Assembly (NCBI GenBank): GCA_964252035.1
Contig: OZ176202.1
Origin: Podarcis erhardii
Taxonomy: Eukaryota
Reading direction: 5' to 3' (one strand)
Length of the DNA stretch: 64,000 nt
Shown here: positions 37,901 through 48,300 of the stretch, in pieces
Position numbering within the stretch: the first letter of the stretch is position 1
How the letters are laid out: each line of letters opens with the position of its first letter
Made by a program: the position numbers and the translations under genes
The notes under the pieces: generated by a model
What the model saw: only the letters and a program-made list of their open reading frames with translations
Databases searched by the model: none
What the model was told of the DNA's origin: nothing

Positions 37901-38345
37901 TGGCAGTGCACCCGAGACACACCAGCAGCAAGTAGAGCGCCCTCCACCCTCCGACCACCTCCCATCTGTGCAACTGTCAGGGGTCAGCGGCGCGGTCGCT
38001 CTCCCGGCGTTGCCTGCGTGCCATAGCGAACACAATAATATACAGACACACCGCGGCGGGGGCTGCTTGCCGCCGCCGCCGCCGCCACCAGGCGGGGCCC
38101 CGGCCATGGGCGACTTCACTCAACCGCAGCGGCCAAAGGGGGGGCGGCGGCGGCAGGTAGGTGAGGCACCCGCTGCAGCGCGCCAACACCGCAGGGAGGA
38201 AAGGCAGCGCCTGTCACTCAGCCAGTCACAAAAAGGAGAGGCAGCTCCGAGAAAAGGGCTGCTGCGCTCGCAGGATTCCCGAGCCGCGAATGGTTTCTCA
38301 ATGGGGCGGAGGAGGGGGAACCTGCTGCACCCCCGACTGGGCGGT

Positions 38346-38368
38346 TCTCTCTCTCTCTCTCTCTCTCT
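38346..38368. repeat. (CT)n / (AG)n microsatellite abutting the REV3L exon 1 donor
   Basis: Minus strand reads CAG|GTAAGAGAGAGAG... Confidence 0.95.
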
Positions 38369-38371
38369 TAC

Positions 38372-38510
38372 CTGCCGGGGTGGCTCCGAAGACTCTCACG
38401 ACGGGCACCTTCTTGACGGGCGCCTCTCTGAAGTGGGACTGGCAGGGGTCCAGGCCGGGCAGAGGGCTGCTCATGTAGTAGTCGGCGGTCACGACCCTCA
38501 CTGAGAACAT
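38372..38510 (-). CDS. REV3L: REV3L coding exon 1 (139 nt), MFSVRVVTADYYMSSPLPGLDPCQSHFREAPVKKVPVVRVFGATPA(G)
   Basis: ATG at 38510-38508 in context GCGAACATGT; peptide nearly identical to the recalled vertebrate REV3L N-terminus; donor CAG|GTAAGA at 38372/38371, phase 1. Confidence 0.97.
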
Positions 38511-38607
38511 GTTCGCCACTGCGGGGGGAGGCGCCCCTGAGGGCGACCGTTGGGCGCACCGCGAGGCTGGGGTGCACCGCCCCCCACCCCGCACTTACGC
38601 CTCCTCA

Positions 38608-38638
38608 GGCGGCGGCGGCGGCGGCTGCTGCTGCTGCC
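38608..38638. repeat. Compound (GGC)n(GCT)n trinucleotide repeat upstream of the REV3L ATG
   Basis: GGCGGCGGCGGCGGCTGCTGCTGCTGCC read directly. Confidence 0.9.
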
Positions 38639-39697
38639 ACCCCGCCGCAGCTCGAGCGCAGCCCCCTCCCTCTCACTCACCCGCCCGCCGCGCGCGCTTC
38701 CTCGTGCGCATGGACGAGCGGGCGGAGCACTCATGGGGGGGGGAGGAGGGGCCCGACGTGTGTGTGCGCGCGCACGCTCCAGCCCTCAGGCGACAGCAGC
38801 GGCGGCGGCAAGCCCGGGCAAAGCTCGCCCCAGCCAAGCCGATTGTGTACACCTCACATGGTCAGAAGCCGCCCTCCCTCCCCACTGGAGCTCCTCAGCA
38901 GTAGTTCCTTGGCTGCAGCTGTTGTTGCCATGAGGATGATGTCACGGACCCAACCACCGCCGTTGGGTGACGGAAGGGGTGTGTTGGCGGTGCCGACCGA
39001 GAAGCGCAGGAAGGGCGGGCTGTTGCTTTCCTTCCCCCTCCCACCTCCAGCTTTAGCGCGAGAGTTTGGTTTCTACTTAGTGTGAGGAGGCATCGGTGGC
39101 TCGGCTTTCGGCCGCGCTGGCCTGGGTGGGAATGAGAGAAGCCTGGGGAATGCCGAATCGCGGATGGGCGGGGCAGCTTCGGGGCTTGGATGGGGGCTGC
39201 TCGTGATCGGGGTCCATGTTTGGCCGCCATTTCGGAAACGTTTGTCTGTAGGAAAAGGTGAGTCTTTGGGGCGCTTCAGAGGACAAGAGGGGTGATGAAA
39301 GGGGAATCTCGGGTGCCGGTAACATTTATGGGGCGCAGACATAAATGGGTGGGGGGCGAAGAGAAGGGCCCTAACGTCTCCTCTGCGCGCGCGCTCTCCC
39401 CTTGGCTTCTCGCGCGCGGGGCGGTGCAGAGGAGAGAAAGATGAATGAAGCGCGGGACTCTGCTTATAAAAGGGCGGTTGCCGCTGCGCGTGTTCCCGAT
39501 TGGGCGGGGCGGGGCTACTCTCGTGCTCTGCGGAAGTGGAAACCGCCGTGCTCCTCCCTTTGCCCCGCCCGTTGCCGCAGGTGAGGAGCTCAGAGCTGCT
39601 TTTGCTTGAGCCCCTATATATGAAGGCTAAACCCGGGCGCTGTTGAGCAAAGGGCCTCCGGTAGAAGGGGCCTTGCTCTTACTATTGCGTAGCGATG

Positions 39698-39701
<4 letters not shown>

Positions 39702-39728
<27 letters not shown>
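39702..39728. repeat. (CA)n microsatellite
   Basis: Read directly. Confidence 0.9.
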
Positions 39729-40470
39729 GCCCTCACTCAAGCTTGGGGATGTATATGTAGGTCAAAACTTGAAATACCTGGAACGTCATGTCTGATACCT
39801 GTTATACTCTGACCCCCCCCCCGCCCTTCCTTTGAGACGAAACTTTGGGACTCTAGCCATTATTCAAACATGAAAGCCGGAATAGAATGTATTAATCATC
39901 CCCCCTCCATCCAGATATCTCAGTGTTCAGAGGTGTGAGTGACAAATGGAAAGCGTTGCTTCACTTGGCCAGTTAATAATGTTAACCCTTCTGTTTCTCC
40001 AGTCACAATAATAATCAGTTTGTCTGGAAACCAGCAATATCTGTCAGGTTGTGTTTATAGTCTACTTTCCCTTCCAGCACAGACCTCAGAAATGACCCGA
40101 GCTTAACCAGAGGAAAGCAACACTATTCTATAAGGATACAAGCACCACATCTTATGTGTTTCTGCAGTTTAGGTTATGCTGCAAGTATATTAAAACGAAC
40201 GCTTTAACTAGTAAAGATAATAGTGCTAAATTATTTGACACCAATAGTCCAGCCTATTGTGCACAATTTGAAGCTTACTGCTTTGCAAGCTCAAGTTGCT
40301 GCACTGCTTTGGACATTATAGAGGTTTATAACATAGGTAACATAAAGAACATGGATTGTGTACTTGTCCCCTTTCATATTTGTGGTCCTTCAGTGAAAGA
40401 GATTCAAGTCACATAAAGTATTTCCCCCACAATGTATAAATAACTTAGGAAGATGTAGGGATAGCCACTA

Positions 40471-40711
40471 CAGTGGTACCTCGGGTTAAGTACTTAATTC
40501 GTTCCGGAGGTCCGTACTTAACCTGAAACTGTTCTTAACCTGAAGACCACTTTAGCTAATGGGGCCTCCCGCTGCCGCTGCACTGCCGGAGCACAATTTC
40601 TGTTCTCATCCTGAAGCAAAGTTCTTAACCCAAGGTACTATTTCTGGGTTAGCAGAGTCTGTAACCTGAAGCGTATGTAACCTGAAGCATATGTAACATG
40701 AGGTACCACTG
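40471..40711. mobile_element. Tc1/mariner MITE, 241 bp
   Basis: TA|CAGTGGTACCTCGGGTTA ... TAACATGAGGTACCACTG|TA; internal TAACCTGAAG repeats. Confidence 0.9.
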
Positions 40712-43700
40712 TATTTGATGGTTTTAAAAGAGGATAAGAACAATTTACAGAGACCAGGTCTATCAATAGCTATTAATCATACTGGCTATGATTCTGCTTG
40801 AAAGAGTTATGGCCCTTTTGATTTCCTTGAGCTACTTTGTCAGCCAGTGTAATCGATGGACAAGCACACTTACCTACTGTTACCACACGCTTAGTTTTGT
40901 TGGTGGCCTTTTGGTCATTAGTGTGCCACATAGATAAGCCAACTGTGGGCTCTTGCGGTTTGCAATGATATAATAGACCTGCCAAACCTAGTAGGGGTTC
41001 TCAGCAGTGCAGTAGCATCAGTTAGGCCCATTTATTGGATTATGCTACTGGTCACCCAAGATAAAAAGCATACACACAAAATTCACTGTTAATATGATCA
41101 GATATGTATGTATGTATGTATCAGATACTTATAACTCATAAGTATGAGTTATGCTGGGTTGGTAGGACATGTGACCAAGCTGAACAGAGTTTCACATATG
41201 GGTAAGTGTCCCTGCGGAATACCTCTTTTTCAGGACTTAAGCCAACCTCAAATCAGATTTCTCTAACAGGAATCTAAGAGTAGAAATTCAGGGAATAGTA
41301 AGTATAAAATGGTTGCTAAATTTCTGCTGGTTTCTTGTATACTGGCTTACATTGTGCCAGTTATAATCTTCCCATCTGAAGAAGAAGAGTCATGGTTCAG
41401 TGGTATAGTGGAAAGAAAAGAGGGGAACAAATTGCTGCTTGTGGGGGAAGGGTTCCTTCTTAAGCAGTGCAGACTTTGGAAATGTTACATGAAAGTTTTC
41501 TAAATGTTCCAAGCCATTGCTATAAAGAGGAATGTGGAGGGAAGGAATTCCAGGAACAGACCTTGTTGATAGGCATACTTTGCTGTCTTCACTTTTTCTG
41601 CAGGTTAAGTAAGGCATGCAACAAAACATTATTCCCCCACCCACCCACAGATAAGTTCAGTATTTCAACAGTAAAAAATCCACCAAAATATTAAATCAAT
41701 TCATCTGCAGTGTTTGCCGCAGCTGTGAATCAAAGGTTGGATGGTGAGGTTAGAAAGCAGAAAGTGTACAATTAATGGTAATATCAGCTTAGGAGAAAGT
41801 GACAAGAAGAGCTGAGAATGGATTATTTTCAGCTGCTCTTGGCTGGTTTCCCAGTTGCTTGAAGAGCAATATGAGTGGGGCAAGCCAACCAACAACCATG
41901 AAACCATGGTTAGAAAACTCTGGGTTCAGACATAATGCTAAACCATAGTTAAAGTCAGCATCAAACCATGGCTTTTTTTTTAACAGACCATAGTAAAGTG
42001 CATGACTGAAGTCACATGTAATGCTAAACTGTGGTTTGATACAATGCAAACCTGGTCAAGAGTTGATACTGAGTTAGGTGGATCAGTGGTCTGACTCTGT
42101 GTACGTCAGTTTCCTAAGAGATAAGTAATGGTCGTTTCTGAAAATATAGGGGAATTTCCCCTCCTTTTTTTGTCCAGTACAGATAACCTGTGACTTATGT
42201 TCGTTTAGCACATGCAAGTTCAACTTTACACATTTGGCTGAAAAAATTTAAAGGGGAATAGGTGTCCAGCAATCCTACCCACCACTGCACTCAGCTTGAG
42301 AGAGTGTTCAGAGGGGGCAGTTGGAGAGTGTGAGCAACCTTGCAGACAGTGTGGAGGGGAAAAGTGTGAGCTGCTTTTGGAGAGTGTGCAGAGGTGCAGG
42401 AAGAGACCAATTGTCTGTTTCTGTATTTATTTTCTTGAACAGATGTGTTCAAATCCTGTTTAGAGCTGAAACACATTGTCTGGTAAATTGTCACACAAAT
42501 TATTTTAATGTTTAAAAAATCATTGTCGACATACACCTCTGAAGTTCGTAGAGTGTGCACAGACACTTATTATGAACATTGTTGAAGCTTGTTAGCCACT
42601 GTTAAAATAGAAATTTCATAGGGAAAAGAAGATACTTAACCATATTATGCAATATCCAAAGGCCCTAGTCAGATTTTGTGTTGAAATGAGGAATTTCTGC
42701 CCTTTGCCCTTCAGAACTTCTGACATCTGTTGCTAAGCAACATTTACATTCCTCAGTAATCAGCTACAAATTAGAATAAATAACTGGTACCAAAGAAAAT
42801 TAAACAGCTCTGCCTAAATGCATGTATTGAGTCATTTCTTAGTCACCTATCTGTCCCAAATGGGTTTCTGAGTTGTACATAGTGTTAAAAACAAAATAGC
42901 ATGACACTAAAAAAACTTGGGTAAAAAGTTAAAAACAAACCATAACTCCACAAAGCAAAAATGGTGCAAATAAATTACACCATTACACAAAATTAATTTA
43001 GTTAAAATCAGTCTAGCTAAATTTTTAAATATAATGAAGCTGGAATCAACAGAACATTATTTTGTGAGGAATCATTTTTCCCCTGTCTGCAAAAAGTGAA
43101 GAGGACAGGGATAGCATTAATTTCTCAATATTAACTGATAAGCCAAAGTCAGCAAAGTTTGAAATAAACGTGATAGATGGACCCTGTTCTGTTAATTTCT
43201 ATCAGATTTTATTATGTTTAAAAATACAATTTAAAAGTGTATATGTATATATAATAGAGCAATCTTTTTCATATAAAGTTACTGTCTTCACTTTGTTTAT
43301 GAAATATATACTCTTTTAATGGATTTTTAAAAGTTAAGTTAAAAAATAGAATGCAAAGAAGTAAAAATGATATTTCTTTCCAATGTTTTCAGGTCCGGGT
43401 TCATCTTTCTCATCAAATATACTAGTGAGGCTCCTTCCAAGGAATCACAGGACCATTTAAAGGAAGATAGAAGCATGTCAAAGAATGAAAGTAGTTTTTT
43501 CCACCAACTATTTAACATTTCTTATATAGGCTCATCTGAATTAGTAGCTATGAGTGTACTGGTAGAGTGTGCTTCATAGAAAATGAAGCATGTGTCTGTG
43601 AATGGTACTCAAAGCAATAGAATTTCTAGTTATGGTTAAGTCTTGTGGATTGTCGTGTAAGATTGATGCTTAATTATCTATGGTTTGCGCTTATGGAAAG

Positions 43701-46229
43701 GAATAATATTAGTTTTGAAAAGACCACCAGGAATGCAAACAAAAATTTTGCTGTTTTGATAACTGGCTCTGTAATTGGCTCTATTGTGTGTGTGTGAACA
43801 TTTTAACAACTATAGCTTGATTGGTGGTTCTGATTAAGTTCAGTTTTGTGATGGTACATTTAATGTCTATTAGTGGTAGCAGCAGCAGAACTACCGGTAT
43901 TTTTTCCCCCAGGCCCTGCATGCTAATATGTTCTGCTACTCCCCATTCATAGTAAGTCAAACAGCTGGAATTGGTTTGCATTCAGTGACTTGGGATGCAG
44001 TACATAATAAATAGTTGTTAACTCCATGTCACAACAGCATAGAAAGTGACATTTGGAATAGAGAAATAGCAGAATTAGTGAAGAACAGTGGGCAAACAAA
44101 ATTTTAGTTACTGCTAGTTTTCCCCCCTAGTATGAAGTACTTGATTGTTTTGCAGGTCCTGACAATGAACACATAATTTCTGCTGCAGCTCTGTTTGCCG
44201 GTGGAAAATGTATGAAAGGATTTTTTTAAAACAATCTGTGTTATGTCCAGCAACCCTGAGCATGGAAAAGCTGTCAACCTTGAATATTTCAGTTGTTTCA
44301 GCAAGTAAAATATTTAATAAATGAGGTCAGTTTTTGTCTAGTGAAAACATGACAAAATTCTATTTTGTTTATTGAATTAAATAATTGAACAGATACTTGT
44401 GTTTTCAGCTGCTTTGAATGCTGAGGACCTTGCATGATCCCACAGTGCTGTGGAATCTGCAGGAACAGATCATCTCAGTCTAAGCAGACATTGTGATGAG
44501 TTCTTATCTTTCTGTTCTTAGTACTTTTGCCTCAAGCCTGCAATGGCTTTCTTGAAATTGGCATCACAGTGCAGATTCACATTTCATTTACTGCTCATTT
44601 TCAGCTTTTGCAAAATGGTTCTCACATTCTCTCATATGTTTTATCAGGTTTTCTTATATCTTAATTTTCCTAGATGCATCTTTTCTCGTTAGCTCTTGCT
44701 TATGTTTTAAGCGAAAGTAGGATCCCTTTCTTATAGCGTACTGCTGCAAAATAACTGCTGACTTTATCAAATCACTCAACTTGTAGGACTTCTGATTACA
44801 GTAAATGGGAAATATGCAAGATCAGTGCTCTGAATACAGGGCTGTAAATGATAAAATTATGCCTAGTGTGAGTTTCAGTAGCATCCCTCAAATTGTGTTG
44901 TTTATTCTGCAGTTAACTGTTAATCTTTGCTATGTTCTAATGTAAGCATATGTTATATTTATCTTGAGGGTAACATTTAAAATGCAACGGAGAATGCTGA
45001 TGTGCCTTTCCATATATTCTGATTGAATAAATAGCAAACCACAATCACCCTTTTAATATATTTATTACATTTTTGAGCTACATTTAAAATTCAGTGGAAG
45101 AAAACAGAATTGTTTATTAATATGTGATTGCAAAATGGATTTATCTCTTCTTTCATTTGTCATGTTAGATCAGGTGTGTGGAACCTTTGCCCTCCAGATG
45201 TTCCTGAGCTACAACTCCCATTAGCATCAGCTGGCCAGGAATGATGGAAGTTTTAGTTCAGCAGCATCTGGAGGACCAAATGTTCTGTACTCTTGGAATA
45301 TGTAGTATGTATTTATTGTATAGTTTTGATTTGTATTTGTGGCAAGGCTATATCATTGTAATTGTCTGATTCCTTTTTATGTGTGCTTTTGATTTAACAA
45401 AATGGATACTTATTAAAAAATGTTACAGTTAATGTTATACTCAACCATATCTTACTGACTTCACAATATTTATATAAGTATCTCTTTAAAGAATGAAATA
45501 TAATTTCTTGAAGTATGAAACCCTAGCATCTCAAACTAAACAGAGAGCTAAGATCATTTCAGTTCTGCTAATGAGCAAACAAGAACATGGCTTCTCAGTT
45601 AACAGGCCAAATGCAAATCCGTTCCTCTCTGCTTGTATGTCCTCACTTGAACTTGATCCTCACAGATCTGTAAACGATTATAACTCTTGCTATAACTAGA
45701 CCAATATGAGTGACTATTTTTAGAACAGACTCCTTATTTAGCCCGCATAGAACAGAAAGGATTGTTTTCCACAGCTCAGTGAAAAAAGTATAGCTTTTCC
45801 AAATGTAACATTAAACATTGTATAACTTCTGCAGAAGTAGAGCCTTACTTCACGAAGCTATGGTGTAATTAATTCCAGATGTGATTCTGTACTTCTTTGG
45901 AACCATACCAGGGCAAAAACTGGCCCTCAGCTAGTTACTTACTTATATGCAGTCAAAAAAACAAAACAAAAACACAATTAACTGCACAATCTTGCACATG
46001 ACTACTCAGAAGTAAGCCACCTTGACTTTAATAGGACTTATTCCCACATGAGTAGGCATAGAATGACAGCCTAAGAGAAGTATTGTAGTGCTAGAAATAA
46101 TAAGCAGCTTGGTCTCTAACTTCATATGTGGATTTCTAAAACAAAGGAACACAAGCTATTTTATCACCAGATCAGACTATTTGTCCATCCTTGCCCATTG
46201 TCTGCTTTGTCAATGACTCTTTTGTGTCT

Positions 46230-46856
46230 GAGGGCACTTCCAAATTTACTATTTCCAGGTCAGATTCTGTCACAAACTGGCAAATTCAGGTTGCTCAATC
46301 ATAGTGTGGTGTTTGCCTCCTAGGTGGGTCATAAGAAAAGGGTTAAATGAGTGTGAAGTGATTGGCCAGTGGGAACCCAAGGGGAGGAGTTAGAGTTGTA
46401 ATTGTTGGGAAGTCAGTTGGGAGTTGGAGAAAGAAGAGGGGGGATAAGTCTGTGGGTTGGTCGAGTTGTGTTGCGAGAGAGTGAGAGAAACTGATAGGAG
46501 GAGTCAGATAGACAGTTGGGATAATCAGTTAGCAGTTATTAGGAAAGGTATAAGCCGGTATAGAAACTAAGATTAAGAAACTGACAAGAAAAATTATCTG
46601 AAACCATAAACTTGTTAAGGCTTATAAAATAAACTTGCTTATTTGATTTAATGTTAACAACTGTCTGGACTCTGTGTGTACCCGGGAGAAACGGGTTGGT
46701 GGCAGCGGGAAAGCAATCATAATGGCGGCACAAGGATCAATAGACTGTCAAACGTCCAGGAACCCTGTGTGATCGCCACAGAGGGCACTTCCAAATTTAC
46801 TATTTCCAGGTCTGATTCTGTCACATACTGGCAAATTCAGGTTGCTCAATCATAGT
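46230..46856 (+). repeat. 76-bp direct repeat pair (46230-46305 and 46781-46856)
   Basis: GAGGGCACTTCCAAATTTAC...GCTCAATCATAGT occurs twice, 74 of 76 identical. Confidence 0.95.
46305..46780 (+). mobile_element. Solo-LTR-like element, 476 bp
   Basis: TGTGG...CCACA termini; AATAAA near 46627; purine-rich U3-like first half; flanked by a 76-bp direct repeat rather than a short TSD. Confidence 0.6.
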
Positions 46857-48164
46857 TGTGCAACAAACTTGCTTCCTCAAAAGATCATACTTCTTATGAT
46901 AAGGAAAGTGATTGGAAATACACTAGAAAGTGTGAGATAACCCTGCTTTGAAGCAATATCATCTAACCACCTCACAAACAAATCAGAATGAATGCTCCTT
47001 CAATAGCCATATGTCATCTAATTTCCCTGGGGGGAAATCACAAATGCTTGATAAATGGGTCACCTGGGGGGGACCTGAGGTAATCTTTCACATCACTTGC
47101 TATTGGAGATAACAGGAACCAGAGTTAAATGTCAGTAATGTTATTTCCTCAGCTTTGGTCAGTGATTTAAAGCAGAGCTACCTGTTGTTCAACTGTAGTA
47201 TCTTATTTTATACTTCAGATTCAGTAATTATGTTATTGAGTAAAACAGTTTTTTCACAACACTGTGGTGGTGGGAGGATATGCTCCCCTAAAGCCCACCT
47301 CCTATCTGGCAGTAATACTTTCATACATTGGAACTGGCAGGTGAACAGCAAATTGCGATTTGTTCATTTTCTTAAGTTGTAGTATATGTTGTGTAATAGA
47401 CTTGATAGGATTTGGTGAGGCCAAGGTTTTAGAATTTAGCTGGAGTACATTAGCTTTTTTGTGCATCTTCATTCTGGTTGAGAAAAGGAAGCATTCTCCA
47501 AATGACTTTGGCTCTCTGTGATCAGCTTGTTATGCATCCAGTGATGCCTGTGAGATTTAGTGTTTTATCTGCTAGGATTTCGACTGGCAACTGAGAAAAC
47601 TCATTATGCACATTTATCACATGATCCACTTCATTAGACAAATAGATCTGGGAGAATAAGCTCTCCTCCTAGAAGACTCTTCAGAGGCTCCCACACAAAC
47701 TGTTTACTGATGGATAGGCTTCTTTGGTCAGAAAACAATGCATTTCTTTGTAGTGAAGTGAATGATTCAGGAAGTTCATTCTCCCCTATCCTTATTCAGA
47801 AACACAGAGAGGAAGCATGGAAAGGAACATAGTCTCAATGAAGCTACAGAGAACCTTTAGTAATAAAGTGTAAATCAATGCACAGTTAGCTGTCAGCTAA
47901 AGCCTTCACATTTGTACTGTGTACAATGTACTGTGTACCATGTACAGTACGTTGTATTGCATGGACACTGTGTCCATGTGTTAGCTGGGCTTGATAAAAA
48001 TGTGTTTCTTACATGCCTAGACATGAGCCCACTCACATTATTATTATTAGTGGGAGTGGTGTAGCAACAAAACAGCTAGACTGTTAAACTGATTTATATG
48101 CAAGATTATGTTTGGGCACTGTTTGTGAAATTAACTTTGATTTTGATACATTTAGAGAATTTAG

Positions 48165-48300
48165 GAACATAGGACGCTATCGAGTCAGTCCATTGGCATA
48201 TTTAGCTCAGTACTGTCTACACTGATACCAGCTTTCCAGAGTTTCGTGACAGGAGTCTTTCTGAGCCCCACGTGTAGATACAAAGCAGGAGCTGCACCTT
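48165..48300 (-). mobile_element. Degraded SINE fragment
   Basis: CATAGGA..GAGTCAGTCCATTGG..TAGCTCAGTACTGTCTACACTGA resembles a squamate SINE tail on the minus strand. Confidence 0.5.

Larger units (their letters stand above)
37840..39660. promoter_or_regulatory. CpG island / REV3L promoter, likely bidirectional
   Basis: Sharp rise in GC and CpG against an AT-rich, CpG-depleted background. Motifs: TATAAAAG 39465-39472, CCAAT (minus) 39499-39503, tandem GC boxes about 39502-39514, ETS-like CGGAAGT about 39531-39537, YY1-like AAATGGCGGC (minus) 39223-39232, NRF1-like GCGCGCGC runs near 38766 and 39385. Confidence 0.9.

Noticed and set aside
29693-38371. Orthologue of the ~128-nt stop-containing alternative exon reported after exon 1 in mammalian REV3L
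   Set aside because: Candidate splice-site pairs (31696-31795; 37561-37678/37698/37704) have weak signals and other lengths; cannot be assigned without an alignment or RNA data.
38511-38594. 28-aa N-terminal extension of REV3L (MRGGGRC...) shown in the ORF track
   Set aside because: The start codon is GTG, not ATG; homology begins at MFSVR (38510).
37721-39584. Many 60-180 aa ORFs across the CpG island
   Set aside because: Expected in stop-poor GC-rich DNA; low complexity, many with GTG/TTG starts, and no recognisable homology. Only those with plausible regulatory roles are listed as findings.
43367-43579. 70-aa + strand ORF as a novel protein
   Set aside because: No recognisable domain, it begins in a polypyrimidine tract, and no compatible coding neighbours were found.
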